A DNA stretch of 64,000 nucleotides from contig JAIPGO010000009.1 in assembly GCA_021736135.1 (NCBI GenBank), positions 704-64,703 of the forward strand, read 5' to 3'. This DNA comes from Candidatus Cloacimonadota bacterium. Lineage in GTDB: Bacteria; Cloacimonadota; Cloacimonadia; Cloacimonadales; TCS61. The position numbers and the translations under genes were made by a program. The stretch's first letter is position 1. Each line of letters starts with the position of its first letter. This document shows positions 49,362-59,783 of this stretch, one piece after another. Below the pieces are notes generated by a model. The model was not told the DNA's origin and ran no database searches. It saw nothing but the letters and a program-made list of their open reading frames with translations.

Positions 49362-50198
49362 TTATTTTATATCAATATCAGCCTGCTGGCGCAGTTCGGC
49401 ATAGTGCTTCTCAACATTCAGTTCAAAAAACATCTTTTGACGGTAACGCTTCAGGAGATGCTTAACTTCCAGGAAATCAAGTCTCCGGGCAGGCTCATAT
49501 TCTTTGATATAAAAGATATGGTAGCCAAAAATTGTTTCGATAATATCACTTACTTCACCTTTATTGAGCTTGAAGATAGCTTCATCCAGCTCCGGCATTA
49601 GTTGTCCGGGAATAACATACCCCAGATCGCCGTTCTTCAGAACACTGGGACAACAGGAATTATTTTGAGCCAGTTCTTCAAAATCCTTTTCAGTCTTGAT
49701 CTTTTTTCTAATATTTCTGGCAGTCTCTATAGCGTCAGGTAAATTGTTACTTATCAAAATGTGGCTTACCCGAGCTCTATCTTCTGTAATAAACAGGTCG
49801 CTGTTGCTCTCGAAGAACTTTAGCAATTTTTCTTCGCAATCATCATCATCGCAGTCAAATCTGTTATGCAGGTATTTGCCGACGAGAATGTGTTTCTCCA
49901 GCCGGTTTCTCAATTCGGTTTCGGTGAGATGGTATTCCTCCAGTTTTGCCTTATATTTCTCTTCGGTACAAAAATGAGTGATCACATCCACAAAACCTTC
50001 ATCAACTTCATATTCCTCAACAATGATCCCTAATTTTTCAGCAGCTTGAGTGACCAGCTCAGTATTAATCAGGCTTTTCAATGCTTTCCTAGTAGTCTCC
50101 TGGGCTGAAATATCTTTACAGCGGAGGTTCATAAAAATACTTTCACAATCTAACTGTCTGGAAGTGATTTCCTTACCATTAATTCTTGCTACTATCAT
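49362..50198 (-). CDS. Parvulin-type peptidyl-prolyl isomerase (SurA/PrsA-like, no signal peptide)
   Basis: SHILI, FEELA..S.CPS...GDLG, ET.FGYHI. Confidence 0.85.
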   Translation of the reverse strand: MIVARINGKEITSRQLDCESIFMNLRCKDISAQETTRKALKSLINTELVTQAAEKLGIIVEEYEVDEGFVDVITHFCTEEKYKAKLEEYHLTETELRNRLEKHILVGKYLHNRFDCDDDDCEEKLLKFFESNSDLFITEDRARVSHILISNNLPDAIETARNIRKKIKTEKDFEELAQNNSCCPSVLKNGDLGYVIPGQLMPELDEAIFKLNKGEVSDIIETIFGYHIFYIKEYEPARRLDFLEVKHLLKRYRQKMFFELNVEKHYAELRQQADIDIK

Positions 50199-50204
50199 AT
50201 CCTG

Positions 50205-51128
50205 TTATTTTCTCCAGTACTCTTCAATTTTTTCCTGTACATGATATAGGTTAAGAGAATCCAGATCGATTGTCAAATGAAATTCCTGTTTTCTATACCA
50301 GGTTAGTTGTCTTTTTGCATAATTACGACTGTGCTGCTTCACTTTTTCCACTGTTTCGGCAAGTGAAACCTCGTTTTTCAACCAGGGAAAGAACTCTCTG
50401 TAACCAACCGAATTCAAACCGGGATCACTTTCTTTGTAGCCATTATTCAGCAGCCACTTTATTTCTTCAGTCAATCCAGCCTCCAACATAAGATCAACGC
50501 GTCTATTGATCCTGTCATATAGCTTGATTCGATCCCGTGTGAAGAGGATATTCAGATAGTTATATTCAAATTTATTTTGACCTGCTTTCCAGAATGCGGA
50601 AAGCGGGGTTCCCGTCTCTGTAAAAACCTCCAGCGCTCGTTGCTGCCGATGCAGATCATTCATCTCAATACCGGCTGCCGCTTCCGCGTCCACCTGACGG
50701 AGAAAACTATAAATTTCCGTAGGGGAAGAATGCTCAATTAAAGTGCTTACCTGCTTTCTTGTTTCACTGCTTATGGGGGGGATTGCAGCAAGTCCATTGA
50801 CTAAAGCTGAGATATAAAATCCTGTTCCTCCAACAACGAAAGGAATTTTACCTCGCCCCCAGATATCATTCAGGCATTCCAGGGCATCAAGCCGGAATTG
50901 TCCGGCATTGTAATCCTCATCAGGCGATACAATATCCAGTAAATGGTATTTTATTCTGTCTCTTGTTTCACTGTCCGGTTTGGCCGTTCCAATATCCAGA
51001 TAGCGATACACCTGCCGGGAATCAGCAGAAATTATTTCCCCGTTAAATTTCAGTGACAGAGCTTCAGCAAGTGAGCTTTTACCCACACCTGTAGGACCCT
51101 GCATTATGATTAGAAACTTTTCCTGCAT
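50205..51128 (-). CDS. miaA: tRNA dimethylallyltransferase
   Basis: GPTGVGKS, ISADSRQVY, GTAKP, VGGTGFY, YAKRQLTW. Confidence 0.97.
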   Translation of the reverse strand: MQEKFLIIMQGPTGVGKSSLAEALSLKFNGEIISADSRQVYRYLDIGTAKPDSETRDRIKYHLLDIVSPDEDYNAGQFRLDALECLNDIWGRGKIPFVVGGTGFYISALVNGLAAIPPISSETRKQVSTLIEHSSPTEIYSFLRQVDAEAAAGIEMNDLHRQQRALEVFTETGTPLSAFWKAGQNKFEYNYLNILFTRDRIKLYDRINRRVDLMLEAGLTEEIKWLLNNGYKESDPGLNSVGYREFFPWLKNEVSLAETVEKVKQHSRNYAKRQLTWYRKQEFHLTIDLDSLNLYHVQEKIEEYWRK

Positions 51129-52975
51129 CAGGTTTCAATGCGTTTGAAACGCCGTTCCAGTTCATGAATGGTCATTTTAATGATAACAGGTCTGCCATGA
51201 GGGCAGTAGTAAGGTATATCGCAGGCAAAAAGGTCATTAATCAGCGCCAGCATCTCTTTTCTACTCAGCTTTTGACCGGCTTTGACTGCAGATTTGCAGG
51301 CTACTGACTTGGCAAGCCCATCCCGAAAATCCTCAGTTTCACCCAATTCATCTTCCAGTTGCTTGATTATCGATATAAATATCTCTCCCCCATCCCAGTT
51401 TTCCAGTTCCGCGGGAATTTCGTCTATCACGATGGAATTACCGCTGAATGATTTTATCCCGAATCCTATATTGTAAAATAAATCCTTCTTTTCTTCCAGC
51501 AATTGCGGAATGGTGGAACTCATATATGGTGGCAGTTCCACAACTATCGGGAAAAGAAGTTTCTGGCTTTCAGCCGGGGCACCATGAATGCGCTGCAACA
51601 GTTTTTCATATACTACTCTTTCATGAGCCGCGTGTTGATCAATCACCAGCATCCCGTCTTCAGTTGCCACAAGTATATAGCTCTGGTGTAATTGCCAGGG
51701 ATTAACAATTTCCTCTTCCGAAGGCAAAAGCGCTTGGCGTTCTTCCCGTTGGCGGTTTTCCACAAACCGGCGCTGCAGCTCTTCCGTTGATGCTTCTCTT
51801 CCCTTAAAAATATCCGGTTGATAAACATCCTTCAGTTCTCGTTCCACCTCCGAAAAACGTTTCTTATCAGTTTTATTATTAAAGATACGTGCTTCCACCT
51901 TATTAATTCCTTCCGAAGCGGAAGTTTCGCGTATCTTTTCCTTGATCACGCTGTATTTGGCATCCTCATGTTCCAGTAACTTTCCTGTTAATACTGCTTT
52001 CACGAAACTGTGCACCATCCCTGAATCTCGAAATCTTACTTCTGCCTTTGCCGGATGCACATTATAATCCACTTGAGCAGGATCTATTTCCAGAAAGAAT
52101 ATGTAAGGCGGTATTTTACCATGCTGAAAAGTGCGGTATTTCTTTAAAAACGGCTCATAAGATGATTTTATGCTGTGGTAGATTATCCTGTCATTAATGA
52201 AACGCCCGTTAACGAAAAGATAATTCTTATCAAAACCGGTTGCTTCTTCATCAATACCTCCCATATAACCGTAAAGACGAATATTATCTTTGCTTTCATC
52301 TACCCGTAAGAGATTCTCCTTAAAAAAACTGTCACCAAAAACTGCCCGGATACGTTCTTCCAGGCTTTCTACCTGCGGGTAATGCAGTTTCTCTCTGCCA
52401 TTAGCAAGCAGCCGAAAGGAAATATGCGGATAAACCAGCGACTGGTAATGTATATAGCGTAAGATATGATTAAATTCCACAACTTCTGATTTCAGGAATT
52501 TACGCCTTGCCGGAACATTGCCAAAAAGCTGCCGAACTTCAATAGTGGTACCCGGATTTGAAGATGTTTTACTCACTTCCACTAGTCTGCCACCCTTGAA
52601 TTCGATCCTGGTGCTAACTTCATCTTCACTGGAGCGGGTTAATATGGTTAAATTACTCACAGAGGCTATACTTGGCAAAGCTTCACCCCGAAAACCCAGG
52701 GATGATATGCTGAAAATATCCGTTACCGTGCGTATTTTGCTGGTTGCATGCCTTTCAAAAGCAGTCAGGGCATCATCCTCACTCATACCGCAGCCGTTAT
52801 CAACGATCTTGATCAGAGTCCTGCCCCCGTTTTCTATGGTTACAATGATCTGGTCTGCCTCGGCATCAATGGCATTTTCCACCAGCTCTTTCACCACGGA
52901 AGCAGGTCGTTCAATTACTTCACCTGCCGCTATTCTGTTACTTACTTCTTCTGATAATATTCTGATTTTACCCAA
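51128..52975 (-). CDS. mutL: DNA mismatch repair protein MutL
   Basis: IAAGEVIERP, GFRGEAL, DQHAAHER, CPHGRP. Confidence 0.98.
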   Translation of the reverse strand: MGKIRILSEEVSNRIAAGEVIERPASVVKELVENAIDAEADQIIVTIENGGRTLIKIVDNGCGMSEDDALTAFERHATSKIRTVTDIFSISSLGFRGEALPSIASVSNLTILTRSSEDEVSTRIEFKGGRLVEVSKTSSNPGTTIEVRQLFGNVPARRKFLKSEVVEFNHILRYIHYQSLVYPHISFRLLANGREKLHYPQVESLEERIRAVFGDSFFKENLLRVDESKDNIRLYGYMGGIDEEATGFDKNYLFVNGRFINDRIIYHSIKSSYEPFLKKYRTFQHGKIPPYIFFLEIDPAQVDYNVHPAKAEVRFRDSGMVHSFVKAVLTGKLLEHEDAKYSVIKEKIRETSASEGINKVEARIFNNKTDKKRFSEVERELKDVYQPDIFKGREASTEELQRRFVENRQREERQALLPSEEEIVNPWQLHQSYILVATEDGMLVIDQHAAHERVVYEKLLQRIHGAPAESQKLLFPIVVELPPYMSSTIPQLLEEKKDLFYNIGFGIKSFSGNSIVIDEIPAELENWDGGEIFISIIKQLEDELGETEDFRDGLAKSVACKSAVKAGQKLSRKEMLALINDLFACDIPYYCPHGRPVIIKMTIHELERRFKRIET

Positions 52976-52978
52976 TTA

Positions 52979-54508
52979 TTACTCTCCGCCCCTGATGCCG
53001 GAAAACCTGCCTTGCCAGCTTCTTTCTTCGTTGCATAAGATCAATTTATATTCGTAGAGAGCTCCGTTTTCCAGTTCCTCAAGCCTGATATCTTCAATTT
53101 CCGCCCATTTCCAACCCTGTTCAGGATAATCCGGCATTTCACTAAAACCTTCTGAGATTCTTCCCATTAAATTGCGGGTATAATTACGTTCCATATCTTC
53201 AATTATCTCCAGAAACTGATGCAGATTCTCTTCTTTTTGCCAGTTCTGTCGCAACACCCGGTAATCGATGGGTTTCATACCCAGCCAGACGCCACTGATG
53301 CGGTTACTACGATCCGTTTTTATAACCAGGTTACAGTCAGCTTCTATTTGCCCTGCAAAATTTATGCCAATTTTAAATCCCCGCCAGATGCGGAAAGAGG
53401 CAGTTTCTTCTACTTTGATCCTTCCGCCCGTTAACAGGTTGCGGATGTCAAGACTTGCCAGCAGACTTGCCGTCTCCTGACGCACGCCTTCACTGCTGAA
53501 TATTCCCGTGTTATGTTCTTCACCATACTCGATATTTTCCAGAAATCCACTGAGATTAGCTTCCACTTCACGCTGTGAAGTACTATCTGCCAGCAACGGA
53601 TAAATCTGCTCATCCCAGTAGAGAAATTCTGCTTTTTTCTGCGGCAGTGGTATCGACTTGCTGGCTTCAAAAGCATTCATTCCCGTGATCTCGCCTAATC
53701 GCTTTATCCTTTCTCCCCATACTCCCGTCAGCCGGTCCTGCAGGTCTATCATAAATGAAAGATTGGGTAATTTTTCAAATTCCACCCCGAAAAGGTCTAT
53801 CTCTAAAAAACGGTCTTCCACAGAATACCCCTGATTTCCCTCCGGCAGTATTATTCCCAGCCGCAGATCATTTACCGGGCGGTTCTCATAAAGCACATGG
53901 AATAGCAATCGCCGCATTCCCAGATGATATTCGTTCCCTTTAACTTTGATGAATAAATTCTCCACGACTTCGCTGATCTCGTCAATAAAGCGGTCACGAT
54001 TCCAGATTGATCCAGCGACTTCTATTTCCAGATCCGGGATAATATCACTAAGGATCAATGCCCAGTAAAGATTCCTGAGATAAATACCCAGCTTGTTATA
54101 TTGCATAGCTTCTTCAGCTTTTACGATCTTATCCCTGATCTCTTTTTTCAGTGTATTATAATGTTCCTGAACTGCTGATTTTTCCAGATATAAAAACACT
54201 TCACCACTTTTGCTGACCTCTGTTATATCTGCTATAAAATCATCCAGCCAGACTTTTGTTAAACGTCCCAGTTGTGCCTTCCGCCCGTAACTGAATTTTT
54301 CTTTCAATCCATTACTAACCAGGTACCAGTTGCTGATGGTACTTGCCAGTTCCTCGACCGCCTGCTCCCGTGCAGTCACTTCAGCACTGTCTTCCCCATA
54401 TCCCCAGACTATATCATCACGTTCCTGCAGCTTAACAATTTCCCTGTCCACACAACTGGCAGTTAATGCAAACTGTAGAAAAAAAATTATAACCAATATC
54501 CGCTTCAT
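52979..54508 (-). CDS. Hypothetical exported protein (LPP20-like N-terminus possible)
   Basis: MKRILVIIFFLQFALTASC signal/lipobox from ATG 54508; WGYG...A...A..ELA. Confidence 0.65.
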   Translation of the reverse strand: MKRILVIIFFLQFALTASCVDREIVKLQERDDIVWGYGEDSAEVTAREQAVEELASTISNWYLVSNGLKEKFSYGRKAQLGRLTKVWLDDFIADITEVSKSGEVFLYLEKSAVQEHYNTLKKEIRDKIVKAEEAMQYNKLGIYLRNLYWALILSDIIPDLEIEVAGSIWNRDRFIDEISEVVENLFIKVKGNEYHLGMRRLLFHVLYENRPVNDLRLGIILPEGNQGYSVEDRFLEIDLFGVEFEKLPNLSFMIDLQDRLTGVWGERIKRLGEITGMNAFEASKSIPLPQKKAEFLYWDEQIYPLLADSTSQREVEANLSGFLENIEYGEEHNTGIFSSEGVRQETASLLASLDIRNLLTGGRIKVEETASFRIWRGFKIGINFAGQIEADCNLVIKTDRSNRISGVWLGMKPIDYRVLRQNWQKEENLHQFLEIIEDMERNYTRNLMGRISEGFSEMPDYPEQGWKWAEIEDIRLEELENGALYEYKLILCNEERSWQGRFSGIRGGE

Positions 54509-54594
54509 TAATACCTCACTCACTGATAATGACACACTTGCCAAACCTCTCTCCTGCTGGCAAGAAAAAAGTCATTCCATTCACTGTTCACTAT

Positions 54595-55647
54595 TCACCG
54601 TTTACTTTTCTTAATCGAGTGACGAATAAAAAGTATCTTGGCACCCTTTATCTCTCCTCCTTTCAACTCCAGCAGCGCTTTATTAGCTTCTGCCAGTTCA
54701 TATTCCCGCACTTCCGGTTTTATCCCTGCTTCAGCAGCAAGTTGTAGAAACTCGCTTACATCCGCCCGAGTTACATTTGCCACTGATTTCAACTCTTTTT
54801 CCTGCCAGAGATGTCTGGCATAGTCAAGGTGTAAGAGATAATTTTGATCCAGACTCTCTTTTCGTATAGCATTGATCACCAGTCTGCCACCAGCTTCCAG
54901 ATTTGCTAAAGCTTCCACTACCGGTTTCCATGCCGGAGTTGTATCTATTATTGCCCGGCATTTATAAGGTGACCGCTCATCCGTATCACCAGCCCAACTG
55001 GCACCAAGTCTTAAAGCAAATTCACGTTCCTGAACATTTCGGGCAAAAACCATTATCCTGCTTTCCGGATACAGAAAACGCACGACCTGCAAAACAAGAT
55101 GACCGCTTGCCCCAAAACCGGTTAAACCTAACACGTCCCCATTTTTTATCTCTGCCAGCTTCAAAGACCGATAGCCTACACTTCCAGCACATAATAACGG
55201 CGCTGCTTCACTACTGCTGAAAAATTGCGGAATCATGTGCACAAATCCTGCCGGTGCAATCATGTATTCTGCATATCCCCCATTCCTGTCACGACCGGTT
55301 GCCAGAAATTCCCGACACAGATTCTCATTGCCACACCGACACCAGGAGCATTTTCCACAAGCTGAATATATCCAGGCTACCCCGACCCTGTCGCCATTCT
55401 GCCAGCTCTTTACTGCAGAACCCGTCTTTACGATCCGTCCAACTACCTCATGCCCCAATATCACCGGAAACACTGGCGGTGGCGTGCGGCCTTCGATCTC
55501 GTCCAACTCTGTATGACAGACTCCACACACTTCCACCTGAATGAGCACTTCGTCATTCCCAGGTTCCGGAACTGCCATCTCCACCAGTCTCAATGGCTTT
55601 AGTTCCTCCTTCAGATCACAAATCCTTTCCAGTATCATTGCTCGCAT
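54595..55647 (-). CDS. Zinc-dependent alcohol dehydrogenase
   Basis: CGVCHTE, GHE, C..C..C.....C structural zinc site, GFGASG. Confidence 0.93.
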   Translation of the reverse strand: MRAMILERICDLKEELKPLRLVEMAVPEPGNDEVLIQVEVCGVCHTELDEIEGRTPPPVFPVILGHEVVGRIVKTGSAVKSWQNGDRVGVAWIYSACGKCSWCRCGNENLCREFLATGRDRNGGYAEYMIAPAGFVHMIPQFFSSSEAAPLLCAGSVGYRSLKLAEIKNGDVLGLTGFGASGHLVLQVVRFLYPESRIMVFARNVQEREFALRLGASWAGDTDERSPYKCRAIIDTTPAWKPVVEALANLEAGGRLVINAIRKESLDQNYLLHLDYARHLWQEKELKSVANVTRADVSEFLQLAAEAGIKPEVREYELAEANKALLELKGGEIKGAKILFIRHSIKKSKR

Positions 55648-55775
55648 ACTATCCCTCCCTAAAGGTATTCCACATATTTCCTGACCAGCCTGTCAACTTC
55701 TTCCTGCCAAAACATGGCATCCCCTCCATTTTTTTTTCTTAATATTGAGTCATTCCCTGATTCTTACGCATTCTC

Positions 55776-55969
55776 TCATTAGCCCCCATTTTTAAATAGG
55801 GGGTTCAATATTGATACTAACGTATAGTCGCTTCAGCGAGTTCAGCTTATTTGATAATAAGATAAAATAATATTATTATTATTCAGACAGATAAAGAGAA
55901 GTGGCTGAAGCCATTGGACATCCTTTCTTTGGCTATAAAAAACACCCAGATGAATCTGGGTGCTAATGA
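55776..55969. repeat. REPIN-like element with terminal hairpins
   Basis: TCATTAGC/GCTAATGA ends; hairpins CCCCC.ATTTTTAAAT.GGGGG and CACCCAGAT-GA-ATCTGGGTG; inner GCTTCAGC/GCTGAAGC pair. Confidence 0.65.
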
Positions 55970-56201
55970 AAGAATAAAAAGAATAAATCACTAATACATC
56001 GTACACCTATAATTATATATTTCAAGAGAATACAATCATCATTTCTGTAGAAAACCGGGGGATGACAGCTTCCTGCCAAAACTGAGATTCGAGTCTCGTG
56101 TTTCGTATTTCGGATTTCGAGTCTTGTGTCACGGCTTCACGTTTAATTTGACAAAATTCCTCAAAGTTCATCATTAACAACAAATCTGGTTCAGGAATAA
56201 A

Positions 56202-57719
56202 ATGAGCAATAAAATATTAGCGCGGAATATAGGTTCCATGGGCATTGCGGTTTTTATCAGCCGCATTTTCGGTTTACTGCGAGATGTGATCATGACGGCT
56301 GTTTTTGGCACAAGCTGGGTTGCTGATGCTTTTCAGGTCGGCTATCAGATTCCTAATCTTTTGCGTAAACTCTTTGGAGAAGGCGCTCTTTCTTCCGCTT
56401 TTATCCCGGTGTATAATGAAATCGGCATCCGGGACGGCAGAAAAAACCAGATCAATTTCGCACTGAATATCATCTCTATTCTTAATCTTTTACTCCTGGT
56501 CCTCAGCATAATCGGCATACTCGCTGCCCCGCTAATTGTACGCCTGCTGGCTCCGGGTTTTGATACCGAACGCTTTCTGCTCACGGTAAAACTAACACGT
56601 TTGATGTTTCCCTATCTATATTTTATCGGCTTTTCTTCCACACTCATCGCTATTCTCAATTCTCACGACAGGTTCTTTCTGCCAGGACTTTCCTCTGCTT
56701 TCCTGAATATCGGCATGATTGGCGTTCTCGCTGCCTATATTATCTTCAATCCCGCCAGTTCTTTGGAAGATAAGATATTGGCAACTGCTGCCGGAGTTGT
56801 CCTCGGTGGACTGTTGCAGACCATAGTCAATTTACCTCTTTTGAAGAAATTAGGCTATAAAATGCGCTTTTACCTGAACTTAAAGGATAAAAGCGTTTCC
56901 ACTGTCGGCAGATTATTCCTGCCGGGTGTTTTCGGGCTTGCTATACGGCAGATCAACCTGGCTGCCGATCTCATCATTGCTTCCTTTTTACCGGCTGGCA
57001 GCATTGCTGCGCTTAATTACGGCAACCGGCTCATGCAGCTTCCACTTGGGATTATCGGAGTTTCTGCGGGGGTGGCCGTTTTACCGCTCTTCAGCCGTTA
57101 TGCTGCTGAGAAAAAATGGGATGAACTGCACAACAGCCTGCGCTTCAGCCTCATAACTCTCTGCTTCCTTATGATCCCCATCACGGGTATAATTTTTGCT
57201 CTGGGCAGAGATATTACCGGCGTGATATTTATGCGGGGTGCTTTTAATGAAAAATCTCTGCAAATGACCAATATGGCGCTTGTCTTCTATTCTACGGGTC
57301 TTATCTTTTATTCTCTGAACCGTCAGATCATCCCCATCTTTTATGCCCGAAAAAATACTAAAACACCCGTAAAAATCTCGGCTGTAATTGTAGCCCTTAA
57401 TATTGTGCTAAATATCATTCTTATGCAATGGCTGCAGCATGGCGGTCTGGCTCTGGCAACCTCACTTTCCTCCCTGGCGCAGTTCCTTATTCTCATGCAC
57501 TACCTGAAAAAGCTCTACCCCGAAATGATACTTCCCAATATCTTACCCGAAGTACTAAAAATTGTCATCATCACTGCCACCATCTATATTATTCTCCTCT
57601 TCCTGCAGACGCTATACACTCCTGTGAACTTCTGGCAATCCGCCCTCCGACTCATCATCCTGCTCGTAATCAGCGGAATTTTACTTTTCCCCTCCCGGAA
57701 ATTGATCAAATTTAAGTGA
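56202..57719 (+). CDS. murJ: Lipid II flippase MurJ
   Basis: SRIFGLLRD, IPNLLRKLFGEGALS.AFIP, RLMQLP.G, FYA....TP. Confidence 0.95.
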   Translation: MSNKILARNIGSMGIAVFISRIFGLLRDVIMTAVFGTSWVADAFQVGYQIPNLLRKLFGEGALSSAFIPVYNEIGIRDGRKNQINFALNIISILNLLLLVLSIIGILAAPLIVRLLAPGFDTERFLLTVKLTRLMFPYLYFIGFSSTLIAILNSHDRFFLPGLSSAFLNIGMIGVLAAYIIFNPASSLEDKILATAAGVVLGGLLQTIVNLPLLKKLGYKMRFYLNLKDKSVSTVGRLFLPGVFGLAIRQINLAADLIIASFLPAGSIAALNYGNRLMQLPLGIIGVSAGVAVLPLFSRYAAEKKWDELHNSLRFSLITLCFLMIPITGIIFALGRDITGVIFMRGAFNEKSLQMTNMALVFYSTGLIFYSLNRQIIPIFYARKNTKTPVKISAVIVALNIVLNIILMQWLQHGGLALATSLSSLAQFLILMHYLKKLYPEMILPNILPEVLKIVIITATIYIILLFLQTLYTPVNFWQSALRLIILLVISGILLFPSRKLIKFK

Positions 57720-57974
57720 AAAGTAAATAGTGAGAAAAAAACGTGAACAGTGAACGGTGAATGGTGAATAGACAATGAATATAAAAGATCCAATATCCCA
57801 AAGTAATTCCAATAAATCTTATCCGTGTAAATCCGTGAAATCCGCGGCAAAAAAATCTTCTCTTTATCTTTCGTCTTCATTTTCCATCATCAATCGTCCA
57901 TCATCCATTTATTATAAGTCCCATATTCGTCTTTCGTTTCTCGCATCACGCATCACGAATCACGAATCACGCTT

Positions 57975-59783
57975 ATGACCTCCTCTCCCATCCGGAAAAA
58001 ACTCGCGCTCCTACCTGATAGACCGGGCTGCTATCTCATGAAAAACGCCGACGACAAGATCATCTATGTCGGCAAAGCAAAAAATCTGAAAAACCGCATC
58101 CGCTCTTATTTCAATAACAGTGCCAAAGATCCGAAAACCACCGAACTGGTCAGCCGTATAATTGATTTTGACTATATCATCGTTTCCACCGAAAAAGAAG
58201 CGCTCATCCTGGAAAGCAATCTCATCAAGGAACATTATCCACGCTACAATATAATGCTCAAGGATGATAAGCAGTTTCCTTTTATTGCCCTTACGCCGGA
58301 GCCTTTTCCACGCATTTTTGTCACACGTCAGACGCCACGTAATGGTTCGCATTATTTTGGACCTTTTACGGATGTGAAGGCTCTCAGACGTACTCTGCGT
58401 CATCTGGAATGGATTTTCCCGCACCGCACCTGCAAACGCAGTATTCCGTCAGACGAAATTAAATATAGAAAAGCCTGCATTAATTTCCAGATGGGCAAGT
58501 GTCCCGCACCCTGTATCGGCAAAATCTCGCTGGAAAGTTACCAGATAATCATCAAACGTATTATGCAGTTCCTTACAGGCAGAAATGAAGAAATTATCAC
58601 CCAACTCACAGCTGAGATGCTGCAGGCCTCAGAAGAACTCAATTATGAACTCGCTGCCCAGTTACGTGACAAGATCCAAAGCATCCAGCGCGTAAACCGC
58701 AAGCGCACGCTTTTTTTTGATGACCAGAAAGACCGTGATTTCATCGGCATCTATAAAGAGAACAATAAAGCAGCAGTTACCGTAATGAAAATCGTGGAAG
58801 GAAAACTTCTGGCTAAGGAAAGCTACCGTATGCAGCTCGAAGAAAAGGATACTGAATCCGAAATTCTCAGTGCTTTCCTTTCACAGTACTACGAAAGCCG
58901 CCTGGATAAATTGCCCTCAAAAATCCTGCTCCAGATCGAACCTGCCGACTTTGCCGAACTTAATGAAATGCTGGATAACAAACTCCACGTACCCCAGCGC
59001 GGGGACAGCCTCAAACTTATCAAAATCGCTGCCGATAATGCCTTCAACCGCGTGGAAGAAGATAAACTTATGCACCTGCGCTCCAAAAACCGCACGATCT
59101 TCCCCGTTAAAGACCTCAAAGATAAACTGCAACTTACCAGGCTCCCCCGTAAAATGATCTGCATAGATATTTCCAATATCCAAGGCACCGATGTTGTTTC
59201 ATCTTTAGTCTATTTTGAAAATGGTAAACCAAAAAAGAAAAATTACCGCAATTTCATTATGCGCACCTTTGAAGGTCAGGACGATTTTGCCGCCATGCGC
59301 GAAACCATGCAGCGCTATTTCAGCAAAGTGGAAACAGACGACAAACCCGACCTCATCGTTATTGACGGCGGTAAAGGACAACTGAATGCCTCCACTAAAA
59401 TTTTGCAGGAATTAGCAGTAACAGACATCGAGATCATCTCACTCGCCAAAAGACTCGAGGAAGTATTCCTGCCCGGTAGAAATGATTCCGTTATCCTCCC
59501 CCGCAGCAGCTCCGCATTGCGGCTGCTCATTAACATTCGTGATACCACTCATGACGCGGCAGTTGGTTTTCACAGAAAACGCCGTAAAACCAGAACCCTG
59601 CAAAGCGAACTGGATACCATCAACGGGATCGGACCCAAAACCCGGTTCCTGCTCCTCAAACACTTCGGCTCCGTCCAGAAAGTAAAAGAAGCAACCATTG
59701 AAGAACTGCTAAAAATAAAAGGAATAGGGCCTAAACTGGCGAAAGAGATAATAGAAAAGGTGAGCAAAGAACGTGAGTCGTGA
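57975..59783 (+). CDS. uvrC: Excinuclease ABC subunit C
   Basis: GIY-YIG (PGCY..IYVGKAKNL..R), UVR domain, DISN, DGGKGQ, tandem HhH. Confidence 0.97.
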   Translation: MTSSPIRKKLALLPDRPGCYLMKNADDKIIYVGKAKNLKNRIRSYFNNSAKDPKTTELVSRIIDFDYIIVSTEKEALILESNLIKEHYPRYNIMLKDDKQFPFIALTPEPFPRIFVTRQTPRNGSHYFGPFTDVKALRRTLRHLEWIFPHRTCKRSIPSDEIKYRKACINFQMGKCPAPCIGKISLESYQIIIKRIMQFLTGRNEEIITQLTAEMLQASEELNYELAAQLRDKIQSIQRVNRKRTLFFDDQKDRDFIGIYKENNKAAVTVMKIVEGKLLAKESYRMQLEEKDTESEILSAFLSQYYESRLDKLPSKILLQIEPADFAELNEMLDNKLHVPQRGDSLKLIKIAADNAFNRVEEDKLMHLRSKNRTIFPVKDLKDKLQLTRLPRKMICIDISNIQGTDVVSSLVYFENGKPKKKNYRNFIMRTFEGQDDFAAMRETMQRYFSKVETDDKPDLIVIDGGKGQLNASTKILQELAVTDIEIISLAKRLEEVFLPGRNDSVILPRSSSALRLLINIRDTTHDAAVGFHRKRRKTRTLQSELDTINGIGPKTRFLLLKHFGSVQKVKEATIEELLKIKGIGPKLAKEIIEKVSKERES

